In this document: one piece after another, positions 1-12,600 of the stretch
Layout of the letters: every line of letters begins with the position of its first letter
How positions within the stretch are numbered: the stretch's first letter is position 1
NCBI GenBank assembly: GCA_001949185.1
Contig: BDGG01000002.1
Location: 4,950,448-5,014,447 of the forward strand
Direction: 5' to 3'
Origin: Ramazzottius varieornatus
Lineage: Eukaryota > Animalia > Tardigrada
DNA: 64,000 nt
The notes under the pieces: generated by a model
What the model saw: only the letters and a program-made list of their open reading frames with translations
The model's database searches: none
What the model was told of the DNA's origin: nothing
Position numbers and translations under genes: made by a program

Positions 1-83
1 GTTATCGAATGACCAGTGGTCTAAAAGTTCTTTCCTGCCAGTGTGTCATATTTCTGACCGCTCCGTTCTTCATTCTCGTCCAG

Positions 84-278
84 ATGAACCTTCGTCAACT
101 TTTTATTTCTGGACTTCCGGCCGAGGAAATTTTCAATGTTAATTTATCAGGTAAAGCTAATGTGCTAGTTTTGACGTCTATCAGTGCTGTCTCGTGATCG
201 ATTTATCCTGCAGGCACGACAAGTTTCTTTGACGTGGGAGGCATCAAGGAACTTGAGTTAGCCGAAAGGAAGTCCTGA
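84..278 (+). CDS. 3' terminal exons of an unidentified gene entering from the left edge (partial)
   Basis: Acceptor tccag|84, donor 150|gtaaag and acceptor ctgcag|214 join in phase 1 to give ...MNLRQLFISGLPAEEIFNVNLS-GTTSFFDVGGIKELELAERKS* (TGA 276-278). No family recognised. Confidence 0.4.
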
Positions 279-1056
279 GATGTTACTGTGGCACTTACGT
301 CTGCGCCTTTTAAGAACGTTTGACATAAATCTCCTAACCAGCACTTAATTCTCCTATAACTTAGTGTGTGCGCCGAAACCCTTTCTCAAATGGTTCGGAA
401 TCACCGAAGGCCCAAAAAACGTGCATGAGGTGTGTGAAAACTACAAAATGTTTCGTGTCCGTCATCCGTCATATGGGCCGCCATAAAGTTTTGCAAGTTT
501 GATTACCCCCTGATCCATTTTCATACACTACTACTGTATTACTTTTGCGGGCGAATGATCGGCTTGGAGAATGATATCGACCCAGCAGGACTTTCTTCTC
601 GTAGACCCAATGCAGCGCGCTGATTCTACCGGCGTGGGATTCGACGCAGCAGGAGGACGTTTCCTTTCAGAGCGAGTGGCCGGAGTGGGGAACATGTATT
701 ACGCACACAGGACGCGCTCTCCATCGATCGGGGAGGCGGAACGCGCATCGAGCGGGCTCTTTCTTGTTTGCTTGGGCGGTGCTGGCTTACAGTTCGGGAG
801 AAGCGAATCCATAAACTTGCCGGAATACAGTACATCGATACGGCCACCGTTGTACGCGATAGATCTCTGGAGCTGGTCGCGATCGGTAAGCCGTGAACAC
901 TTCTCTGGATCCATCAATGAACGTTTAAACTTTGAATTTAGTTGACAGGATTTCATCCGGATCACTTTGGGCCTCACATGCACACGTGTGCGTAGATGAG
1001 TGTCGATTAGGCCAGTTTCTTCCCTAATAACACCCGGCTTGATTTTTGCCTTGTGG

Positions 1057-1260
1057 CAGCGGCGGCGTTATATCGCCAACTATCTGTTATTTATTGCATG
1101 TTGACCTTTGGCCCCGGGGTACTGGGGGAAATTATTGAAACAACGAGCACAACGCAGCCCGCACTTCCAGCGTGTTTCTATACCTTTGCCCACGGTATCT
1201 CCGGGCCGCCCCCGGAAATGCAAAATATAACAGATAGTTGGCGACAAAGCACCGCCGCTG
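1057..1260. mobile_element. hAT-type MITE, family A copy 1 (204 bp)
   Basis: TIRs CAGCGGCGGCGTT...TCGCCAACTATCTGTTAT at both ends; exact 8-bp TSD CCTTGTGG at 1049-1056 and 1261-1268. Confidence 0.92.
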
Positions 1261-1360
1261 CCTTGTGGCGACCAACGATTGCTACTCTGTTTTTGCTTTC
1301 CGGAACACCGAAGATCGAAATCCTAATATGCTGATCAGTATTAACGTCATTATGCCCTGA

Positions 1361-4300
1361 ATGATCGTCCGGAAGAAATGTGGTTTCGTGATGACGTCTA
1401 ATCGGCGGTTAGACTTCCATGATTTAGCGAAGCTCATCGTCATCTTCACATTGATTCCCGCGTGGGAACCCACTTCCCGTGTCAATGGATTACCACCTAC
1501 TTTTTCCATAGCCAGGTAATTTACGACAAGTACATCACGCGAAATAATTAACAGCTCTTCCTAGCTGTTCTTGACATGACTGGTCAGGTTAATTTGTTGC
1601 GTTGATTTTGAAGTTTGAGACAGCTGGCGGACAAAGTGGGCTCCCGGCTCCACCAAGTGACGAAACTCGTATCCGGCCATGATGAAATCAAAAAGGTAAA
1701 CTGAAACTCCTGAACAACACGCTCTGTTATCTTCGAGTAAAAAGTAACCTTCTTCTTCGTTGTGCACTTTGAGCGATGAGCCAAAAGCTGGATTTGCCGA
1801 CAGAAGTGTTGCGCATAAGTGTTGCGCGCATGCAACAGATATGACCGTTTTTTCAAGTGATGGATCTCAAATCTCTTGATGATCCAGCTGTTGTCTCCAG
1901 GGATTCTCCGATCTGTACGTCAAGATCGATGAGATGGACCCAGCTGAAGCCGTCAAACAATACGGCGAAAAGTTGTCTCAGGCAATTAAGAAGAAGATAG
2001 TAGCTCTTGAGGTACGTCCCACTGAAACGTAGGTGCAGAAATCAACTTGATACCAGATGAAACATTTTGAATCGTTTATCGCGATAAGATTACCAGTATA
2101 AGCCACACTGCTAAAGTGAAACCCGGAAGTTCCCTTGCGAGACTGTCTGCTTAAGATCAACGGAGATTTTCTGCTGTTCCAGAGGCTCGTCGAGACAGCT
2201 GAGGAGACTGCTGCCTCACATCCATGGAAAAATGACATCAACGTGAGTCGGAATTTTCTTTCTCGCTGTTGTTCCGCATGAGTGCGTGACGGATTGTTGG
2301 GTTCCCTAATTTATCCCTGCAGTGGTTGTTGTAACTGTCTTTCGCCCAGCGGCGGCGTTTTGTCGCCAACTATCTGTTATTTTTGCATTTTGGGGGGGGG
2401 GGGGCTGGAGATACCGTGGGCAAAGGTATAGAAACACGCTGGAAGTGCGGGCTGCGTTGTGCTCGTTGTTTCAATAATTTCCCCCAGTACCCCGGGGCTA
2501 GAGGTCAACATGCAAAAAATAACACAGTTGGCGACATAACGCCGCCGCTGCTTTCGCCTACGGAGATCAAAGCTTGCTGCATTGAAATATTTGCGAATTT
2601 ACTTCCGGTGTAGATTACATATCACAACGCAAAGGAAACGGATGGCGGGACCCACGGCTTCTTCGATCCCATAGACTTTCACAGAGATCCCCGATTCCTT
2701 AACGAGCCCATTAATCTGGATGCCAGTACAGTGCATGTACCGACTAACGTTTTCAGTCGATGTAAGTGTTCGCCATAATTGAACACATACAGTAAAACAC
2801 AGGGCCCAAATACTCAGAATGTTGTTTATATTCTCCGAATAGCCGTCGTGGTGCAGAATGGGGTCGACTGGTCGAAAAAGCTGGACGCTTCATTTCGGTA
2901 TAATTTCGAAGAGAACCCTACTGTTCGAGGGCAGCACTTTTGTAGTAGTACGGGCTTCGAGCGGATTTACCCAGGGATTCGCTGGCCGTTTTCGAAAGAC
3001 CCTGAGAAGCCGGAAATGTACGATTGCCGGCTGGCTAGATGGTACGCTCGATCACTTCCTCAAACAGGGAAATGCTAATTCACTCAAATATTATGAATAA
3101 AAAATATGAAAAGTTTGCTGATCGCGGTCTGCTGAACTCGTTGTAACGTGCTAATAGGGTTTGTGAATATTTCTGTTATACAGGTACATTCAGGCAGCCA
3201 GTAGTCCGAAAGACCTGGTGATCCTCTTGGATATTAGCGGTAGCATGACTGGTCTACGCCGTGAGACTGCAAAACGAACCGTGATGGCCATAATGGATAC
3301 GCTAAACGAGGATGATTTCTTCAATGTGCTTACGGTAATTGATTCACTGTAGATCACATTCATCGACGCCATTGGTGATAACGACCTTTAGAAACCACTC
3401 TTGGAATATTGATGCGTTCCTCGAGGTCTTGCGGAATTCAGCATTGCAAAATACATGGAATCATTATTTTCACATTGAAATTGCATTGCCATATGACTGA
3501 TTTTTTTCTGGTTGCAGTTCAAGAACGATACATATTTCCTGGATCCTTGCCTGAACAACACCTTGCTTCCAGCAACGAAAGCGCACAAGAAACACCTGTC
3601 GCGCCTGATGCAGCATCTCGATACAGAAGATTTCGCCAATTATACGGTGGCACTTCCGGTGGCTTTCAATCTACTGGCAAGAAATGACACAGCTCGTACA
3701 TCGGGTTGTAATAAAGCAATTATGATCGTCTCCGACAATGCACCGGAAGCTTTTGAGGATATCTGTCGCCTTTACAATCCGGACCGTAGCGTGCGGTTCT
3801 TTGCCTATGTCATCGGAAGGGAAGTGACAGAGTACGAGGGAATGACTGAGCTAGCGTGCAACAACCGCGGGTTCGTGGCGCATATCACGACGATTGCGGA
3901 CGTCCGGGACTATGTTGAGGTTGATATTTCGTAACGGGCGGGTCCAGTCGATGAGGTAACTCTTTTTGTGTCTATAGCCTTATGATCTTTGCAGGAATAC
4001 TATCAGGTCCTTGGTCGACCTATGGTTCTCCACAAGAACCACACCAATATTTGGACTACTGCTCACTCGCATCCGAGGGTACAGTAAAACCTCTTAAGAA
4101 TGACAGCTAGGTTAAACTCATAATTCTGAATTCCAGGACGTTCTTGGGCCGCTAATCACCGTAGCCCAGCCAGTATTTAACCGATCGGCAGAAGCGGTTA
4201 GTATGGGAACCCACAATTCGGCGGCTCATGATTCCCTCGTTGCAGTTTTTGTTATCTAGGGTGCGAAGGGTTCGCTCATTGGAGTTGTCAGTTTGGATAT

Positions 4301-7300
4301 CCCGGTCGAAGACATCCGAAAGACCATGGCGCCTCATAAGGTAACGCGATTCTTTCTCTGCCCGGAACCCGGAAATGCTTCAGCCACGAACTGCTGAGCA
4401 AACAGACGAAGTGGTAGATCTATGTTGTATGCTTTGCAGTGGGGAGTTGGGTCCTACGTTTTCGGCATTAACCACAACGGACGGGTCATTTTCCATCCTC
4501 ACTGGAAGACACTGGTAAAAAAGCTTACCAATCTTTTCGCTCAGCCACTGAATTTTTCCAATACATACAGTTTGTTAGCTAGACATAACTCGGTGCTCGC
4601 TCTTGCAGCAGAAAGGGAAAGTTTCGGCGCCGATTCAGAATGAAGTAGACCTTTCAGAGTTGGAACAGGAAGTCGCGACATCCAGCTTCAATATAACTCA
4701 AGAGCATGAAGTAAACACCTTGGGTTCCCACATACTGTAAAGTGTAGGCCCTGTATAGTTAGGTCCATTAAACTAAGGGGAATTTGATTCTCAACCTAAA
4801 CGTCGAAAAATTCTGTCCGACAACATGTAATGCTTCGTAGCTCCGTAAGAAAATGATCGATTTGGACAATGGCACTCACCAGATGAGGGTTCTCCGGCAA
4901 ATGGATGGTGGGGTAAGCACATTTCGACACCTAGATCGACCCAGCGGCGGCGTTATGTCGCCAACTATCTGTTATTTTTTGCATTNNNNNNNNNNNNNNN
5001 NNNNNNNNNNNNNNNNNNNNNNNNNNNNNNNNNNNNNNNNNNNNNNNNNNNNNNNNNNNNNNNNNNNNNNNNNNNNNNNNNNNNNNNNNNNNNNNNNNNN
5101 NNNNNNNNNNNNNNNNNNNNNNNNNNNNNNNNNNNNNNNNNNNNNNNNNNNNNNNNNNNNNNNNNNNNNNNNNNNNNNNNNNNNNNNNNNNNNNNNNNNN
5201 NNNNNNNNNNNNNCCGCTGTATCAACCGAATGTCTAACACGGTTTCGCCAATTTTCGCTCCATACTTTCCATTTTAAAGATCACGAACACGGCGTTATCG
5301 GACTTTCATAACATGTACTAATTTGCCAGATGCCTCTTTCCTTGCAGAAGCGTGCTTATGAGAGGAACTATCAGTACTTTTTCTCCAGAATAGCCGGCAC
5401 TCCATTCAGGTCAGTTGCCTTCGTTAACAGTATTTGAAATGGGTCGGTCGCTATTGAGACAGTGATGCAGCGATGCCTTCCCCTTTAAGCATCGGGCTCG
5501 CCATCCCTTCCACCGAAAGCGGTATCTCGGGCTCCATCGATAAGCTTCACGGAGCCCGTCGACCACGCGCAGCCGACGGTAAATTGCTTGCGAATCCAGC
5601 GTACTGTACGCGCACGATGGAAATTTATGGGACAGGCGGAAAGGACGGCAAAATGGAAATTCAAACGTAGAAAAGTGTCGAAAAGTGTATTACTGTGAGT
5701 TGGTCGTGTACGTGCTTTCGTACCGCTGTAGCGAAAAGGCCTGTCCCACAATTTCCCATTGTGCGTGTGCGTCGGTTGTAACTAACCTTCATTTCTAATT
5801 GAAGTGACACAAAATTACTGTAATTGAGTTCAAAATTCGTCGTTAACACTTTCAGCACGATCGTTTTCATGTTTGCTGGATACTACCGTCCTCTTTGTGT
5901 ATACATGAATTTTATTGGCTGGTACCGTGTTGCGGAGGGTGGTCCAACCAATAGGCAATTTTCGAAATTTCAAAATTCGAATAATTGGCAGACCATGAAC
6001 GCCAAATCTCAAAAGGGAGAACTGGTCGTCTTGATTTTCTTCTGACCGCACTGATGACTGATGACTACAAAATTTAGTCCAGGCTCGGCTTCGATAGATA
6101 AGACTTTCCCCAGTGCTCCAGTTTTTTTCTATACCGTGCACGTGTCTCGCGCGAAGAGACGAAACACTAAATTTCACAAAAACCACCCGAAACCGTAGAA
6201 AAAATTTCCAGCGTGCTGGGGTTTTGCTGACCGCTGGTCATTAGTGTTGCTTTGGTGAGAAAACCGAGGTACATGCAAACAAATAGACCCAGACCCGAAA
6301 GACCAAAAGCTAAAACTGGGAGGTGAATAAAACTGAGTGATTGTATACACATAGAGGACGGTCGTACGCAGAGTGTTAAATATAAAGGTTAGATAATATT
6401 CGTGTTCTGATTTCCATTGTCTGCAGCGGTATCATTGAATTCAACTGACTGGACCATTCATCCCAACTGGTACTACTGCGAAACCACCATGGCGCATTTC
6501 CCTAATTTGACAGTTGTCCTGGAAAACTTGTTAAGCTCAAACGGCTTATCGGCGGAAGACACGCACGATTTATCATGTAGGGAAAAAAGCGTTAACTGTC
6601 GGAGGCGCTGACTTGAAAAACTTCCGATAATTGTATCACCGCAGGCGATAAGGATTTAATGGAATCATTAATGTTCGACGCGCAAGCTACCAGGACACTT
6701 GGAGATTATTGGATTTCCACCAAGGATAAACATCGGGATCTTTACGAGCTTTACGGCATCACGACGTCCTTTGTTAGTACGAGAGCCGGCTTGACGCGGT
6801 GGAAAGAAGTTGGGGATTCAACTCCCTCCAGAGACTTGGTGTCTTCCGTCACTGCTGCGTACTCCACCGACGTCGCCTACCCCGATGACATCGCTAACCA
6901 GACGTTCCTTCCGGTTCTTGAAACCAAGTATGGGATTTCATTCCATCGATGAAGAACCCTAAGACCACTCCCACATTTTTCTTGTTCTGTACTCTAGGCA
7001 TTACTTCCGGAAGCATTCAAGAGCTGTAGAGGAGGGCTGGTACCAGAGGACAGTTGGCGGTGATTTGGAGGCGCTGGTCACGGTCATTCAAGATGAACCA
7101 GGTAAAACGCGTCTCGAAATAAGCCACCTGAGCTCTTAAAGTGTTAGTAAACGGGAATTGTGGTTGCCGTTTCAGAATCCGCGAACTTGACCAGCGATTT
7201 TCTCATGGTGACCACGCCCGTCTATGTGGCGAAGGAAGAACAGAAGGACATTTCTTCTTTATCGGCCGCGGTAGCTGGACTTATTATGAGCTCGCAAAGT

Positions 7301-8574
7301 TTGCTGGACAGCGTTCGTCAGACAGCGGAAGAATCTGTAAATTCGGGCTTGAGTATAAAAACTTAAGATCGTGTATAGTTGGAAGTTTCATGGACCAGGC
7401 TGTTTTGTAGTGCAAGGGGTTGCCGAACTGTGTTTCGTGCCATTCACCGCACGTGAACTGCTACCTGCTGGATGAAAGTGCATTTGTGGTGGTTGACAGT
7501 CGCTATCCGGAAAACAGTGGCAAATTCTTCGGTGTACTCCAGAGCGAAGTCATGTTAAGCTTGGTTGACTCGAACATTTTTAAGCGGTAGGTCTTGGATT
7601 TTTCCTTATATCTATTGGGCTCGAAAAATCTTGAGGAGGGTTCCCTGCAGATACGAACTACGAGACTATCAAGCAATGTGTCAACCAGTCCCACCAACCA
7701 AGACGAGCTCTTCCGCTTCACTGCTAGCTTCCTGGTTAACGTCGGCCTTTGGGTCTTTGCATCTTTTGACGAGGACGCTCATGAGGTAAGAAATACCTAG
7801 TGATCATTCTAAAGCTATGTGGTTCCGTAGGATAGCCGAGCTGTTCCTGACTTTTCATGTGTTACAGCTTATCGGTTACGCTGCTTGCGGTAGTCTTTGC
7901 CGTGGACGATGAGTACTACCACTTCGAGCCCAAAGTTGACATCAACGGAACTATGGAAGCCATGGCCAAGAAGCTTCCGCCGCCTTATTCGTGCGATGCA
8001 CAGTACGCGCTCTTTCATTCTTCGTGGGTGGCTTCCGAGCTAATTGCGGAAGTGGAATGTACAGCGAATAATTGCACCAAGTAGGTCCTTCTTCAACTGA
8101 GCTTTCGTTCATCGATTTTTTCTGCCTACAATCGCAGTATATTTGTTTTTGTGTTTCCAGGAACATCGCTGTAGTGAAAGTTCCGCACACCAACCTTATA
8201 CTTGTGGCCTTGGATAACTTGAAATCGTGCCTTTGTAACGGTGCAGTAGTCGACATAAAGCCGACGGAGATTATTTTTACCACGGAGGAGAAGTGCAATA
8301 GGTTCATGGCGTTCCCCCACAGGCGGAAGCCAACGGAATGCTATTCGTACTTCAAAGAGGTAAGTATTCAAAACTTGCCGAATACCACTACTTCCTCGTC
8401 TTCCCAGCAGTAGACTGATAAACCTGAAAATCAAACTCCTTTGTGCTGTAGGAAGACTATTCCGAATGTGGACGCCCATGGGTGCCTTACCAATCAACCA
8501 GTGCCACTCCCAGATTACGCGCGACCCTCTCGTACGGGATGGTGGCTGCCTTAATTCCTCTGACTATGTTTTAA
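1361..8574 (+). CDS. CACNA2D: Voltage-dependent calcium channel alpha-2/delta subunit (multi-exon)
   Basis: Signal-peptide exon 1361-1515 ([13 protein letters not shown]); [10 protein letters not shown]; YPGIRWP...[29 protein letters not shown] (VWA MIDAS DxSxS); [11 protein letters not shown]; [15 protein letters not shown] Cache region; VPHTNLILV; hydrophobic GPI-type tail ...[13 protein letters not shown] (TAA 8572-8574). Confidence 0.95.
2347..2550. mobile_element. hAT-type MITE, family A copy 2 (inverted relative to copy 1), intronic
   Basis: Same TIRs; interior is the reverse complement of copy 1; exact 8-bp TSD CTTTCGCC at 2339-2346 and 2551-2558. Confidence 0.92.
4942..5219. mobile_element. 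hAT-type MITE, family A copy 3 (interior is an assembly gap), intronic
   Basis: Left TIR CAGCGGCGGCGTTATGTCGCCAACTATCTG; right end CCGCTG after the N-run; flanks GATCGACC / TATCAACC match 6/8. Confidence 0.8.
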
Positions 8575-9319
8575 TGAACGCAAATATATAACCACATGTC
8601 TTTCTTCGCGATGTTGTGTTCCTAAATCTTACTATAATTAAATACTTGAAAAACTGGAAGTTTTTCCTCGTGGTGATCGACCGACTTCAAAACAGTCAAA
8701 ATATAATACGATCAATGCAGCTTCAACCGGACTGTGTTTTGATCGGATACCGCTACGTACTGTATATCGCAATTATGAATTCTCGCTAAAGACTTCTCGA
8801 AGACTCTGTGGGACTGAGAAATTGAAGCTGGAAGACAAAACTCAAGAGCATTTTTTACGAACTGGGAAACCTATAGGGAAATAATATCATGCGAACTACA
8901 GTGAAAGCAGACGACGTACTGATAAAGTAAGATTCTTTCTGGTTCTGTTGCGACAGCTTCTGGTTGCTATTAGGTGCCTAGCTGGCGCCACAATTTCCTT
9001 CGTGAGTTTTCTTGCATCCACCATCACGCTGCATCCCTGATAACCCGGACGCTTTTTGGAGTAACCGCTAATCGGGTACCTTGTGGGTGCTTTGGGCCTC
9101 CAGGCGCCATCTCTAATAACCCAGCGAAGGCTGCGCAGTTCTTCAGTCCGGTTTTGTGACTCTACCATGCACGACCGTCTCCTCAGTTCGCACATCGTTC
9201 TTCTTTGCACATTCAGAAATAAATTTGTGTGAAGCTCCGGTGGAAGAGAATTTCTGTTTTCCGTGACGCTCTGATGTGCTCTTTTCGATCTTTTGTAGTT
9301 CCGAGCGGGATGACCGGGA

Positions 9320-9461
9320 CCCAGCAAGGCCGGGAACGGCCCCGCATACTCCCAGACTAGCCCTCGCCCGGCTGCAGTTCAGGGCATTGGGCACAGCCAA
9401 CCTCGGCAGTTGGCACAGCCCTGGCCATGTTCATGCATGAGCTGCTCATGGCCTTGCTGAG
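9320..9461. repeat. Short inverted-repeat element upstream of DCTN1
   Basis: CCCAGCAAGGCC at the left end and GGCCTTGCTGAG at the right end, with internal GGCACAGCC repeats. No TSD found. Confidence 0.35.
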
Positions 9462-9641
9462 TTGATTCACTTGATTGTCGCGGCAGCGAACGAGCAGTGA
9501 AGCAGCCAGCTGCTCGGACGCGCTCTGATGCTGATCTGCTTAAGAAATTTTTCTTCCCGTCATCCAGGATTCAGGATCAGAACCGTTCACGATCTCCACT
9601 CGCTTGAGTGCCGGGATCAGGAGAGTGCTGCCGAGGATAGC

Positions 9642-12600
9642 ATGGCTGAGTCAACGTCGCCGGTGAAGGAATGGAGCTTGAACGAGAGAGTGCAGGATTC
9701 ACGAGGTGACCAAGGCGTTATCGCGTTTATCGGAGAGACGCAGTTTGCAGTTGGAAAATGGATTGGAATCATCTTGGATGAACCCAAAGGCAAGAACAAC
9801 GGCACCGTCAAAGACATTAGATACTTTGAATGTTCAGAAAATCACGGCTTGTTTGTGCGTGAAAATCAGGTATGACTTCCAGGTCGAGGTAGCTTTGTTA
9901 TCAATAACTCGACGCAGTTATCCCATTGCTGTATTATCGTTCGTTGCAGGTATATCCCATTGGCAGCAGCTCTCGTCGTGAATCCATCGCGACTTCCGGC
10001 GCTACTTCTCTTTCAGGATCAACAGCATCCCTTCACAGTATTGCTGATCAGGCCTTAACTACACCAGCTGCCAACAGGATGAAGAAGCCTGCTCCTGGAC
10101 CTGGAGGTCTTAAACCACCTGCTTCAGGCCTACCAGCGCCCTCGTCCAAAACCATTCCTAAAACAGCTACACCAGCTTCAAGATTATCTCTCCCACACCC
10201 TTCTTCGCAGGCTGTCCCAAAAGCAGGTACGCATAATTATGGACTTTGTAGTACAGTAGTCTACGTAGAACTGTAGATCACCTGCTGTCTTCGTATAATC
10301 GTATACAGTGGTGGTTTCTTCGAAGAGGGAAAACCGACGTCACGGCAAGGTGTGCATCTTCCAGCCCCAACCACAAAGCCTCTTCCGGAGAAAGCTGAGC
10401 CGATAAAAGTGGAGAACATCAAAGAGCAAAAGAAAGACGTTGGCGAAAGTGCGGAGAGGCCACATAAGATTTCTCAGTCCGATCGGCGAGAATCTGTAGA
10501 GTCAGAAACCAGTCACAAGTCAGAAAGTGAAGTTCCGGTAATCCTTAAAGTAGAGTCCGTCGATCACGCGAAACTTCGAAGAGAGCAAGAAAGCGAGGTG
10601 GCCAAGCTGCGTCTTCAGATCGAGCAGCTGGAGCTCCACAAGTCCCAAATGGCGAGAGCCCATGCTGATCTGCAGAAGCAGCTACAGAATGCAGAACGAG
10701 AAGCCCGTCAAGCGAAAGAAGCCATCAACGCCGATGAAGTGACCGAGCTACAAGAAACGATCGAAATGCTGACGTTGGATAAGGAAATGGCCGAAGAGAA
10801 GTTTGACCAGATGGAACGGGATTACGAACAGCTGAAGTTGACGTATGAAGAAGCCAAGCTGGAACTGGAAGTACTGCAGCATGAGATCAAGGAAGGTGGT
10901 CATGGAGAACTTTCATCCAACTTCCGGGCGGATGAACTGCAGAGAAAGAACGAAGAGCTGAAAGTTGCATTGATCAAGCTGAGGGATATCCTGAATGATG
11001 AAAAATCAGACAAACAGAAGCTGACGAAAGAAGTGAATAGGTTGGAAGATCGGAATAGCGAGTTGGAGAAGGCTGTAGAGAGAATGAAGGCGGAAGCTGG
11101 ACGCAACGACGAAATCCTGGCTGATCTTCGTGAACAGGTTTGTCGATCCAGTACTTAGATGAAAGTTCGGATAGGTGGCGCACACTATCGGTGTTTTCGG
11201 TTGAAAGCGTGCGCAACTAGGAAAATGATCCTGTTGACTTTGTTTACCCTAGTCCCAGAAGTAATGACACTGGTTTCCCTACAGGTGGATGCTGCAATTG
11301 GAGCAGAAGAGATGGTGGAGCGTCTGACCGAGCAGAACCTCGACATGGAAGACAAGCTGAAAGAGCTTCGGGACACGGTGGACGACTACGAAGCTATGGT
11401 GTCCATGAACAACGAAATGATCGAGATGAACGGCCTGAAAGAGCGTTTCCTCCGGGAAGAAGTCGACATGGCACATGCTGAGGTCGCTGCTTTGAAGAAA
11501 GCCATCCTTGACCGACAGCAGGTCGTTACAGACTTGGAAGTTACTCTCCACAAATACAGAGACCTCACACGGCAGTTACAACAAGAGAACAACGAACTGA
11601 GAGCGCAGCTACAACAACAGACATCCAACACTCAGAGTTCGCAGCTTGTTCCCACCACCGTAGACTATAAGCTGAAGATTCAAGATGACAAAGCTAACAC
11701 TGAACGCATAGACTACAAGTTGCTGAATATCAGGGGAAAGATTCTGTCCAAGAAGAGCGATTACTTGGCCTTGTTTATGCCGGAGTTGTTCAACTTGAAT
11801 CGAGAGGAAGCGTATGTGCAAGTGTGTCTTCTGCCCGAACAGATTCTGATGAAGTTGGAGTTGGTGGATGCGGAAGTGAGGCTAAAGTTCGACTTGCCGA
11901 ATGCCGTCGAGATGGCCAAGTTGGATGGGTACTCGGCACAGAAGAGAGACCAGTTGGTGTATGGGTATTGCTTCATGTTCCTGGTGAAGACCTTAGAGAT
12001 GTGGGACAGGGATGTCGACTTCGCGGTGAGAAATGCCAGTGTCGAGACTTTCTCGGTGATGAACGAGCTGGAAGGACAGATGCAGCGGCAAGATGACTCT
12101 GTTCAATATTACATCGAACTCTTCAAGCAAGGTTTGTCCAGACGCCTTTTCACCATTGTCTGGAAATTCCAACACAATATTCAGTCAGGAAACAGGGAAC
12201 GTAAAGAAGCTTTTGTGTAATAAGATCTGTTTAAGAGCACATCAAACAAACTCGGCAAGATCGTGTTTCCAAGTGGCACGCGGTACCAGCCAATAACATC
12301 AGGCACGTGCGCCACTTGGGAAAACAAAGTTGCCGAGTTCCCTATTTTTATCGCGTTTTAGAATTCGGAATCGACGAAAACTTCGAAATGGTGTAGTTGT
12401 ATATATTTTAAAGTTGCAATGTCTGGTCTTTCGTAGGTCGGCTTGACGAGCTCATCACACTGGAGTATCTGGAAACTTCCGCTTTACAAATGAGCGAAAT
12501 TCTGACTCGTCTCTCCGCCATGGACTCTAGTCAACGAAGCAGCATGGACAAGCTGAAAGACTTCCTGGACGTTGTCAGTGTGGCCAGTCGGTCCATAGCT

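Noticed and set aside
571-983. Overlapping ORFs on both strands
   Set aside because: No recognisable domain or coherent splice structure; probably upstream or UTR sequence of the alpha-2/delta gene.
5580-6420. Long alpha-2/delta intron suspected to contain a transposon
   Set aside because: No convincing TIR pair or TSD found by eye.
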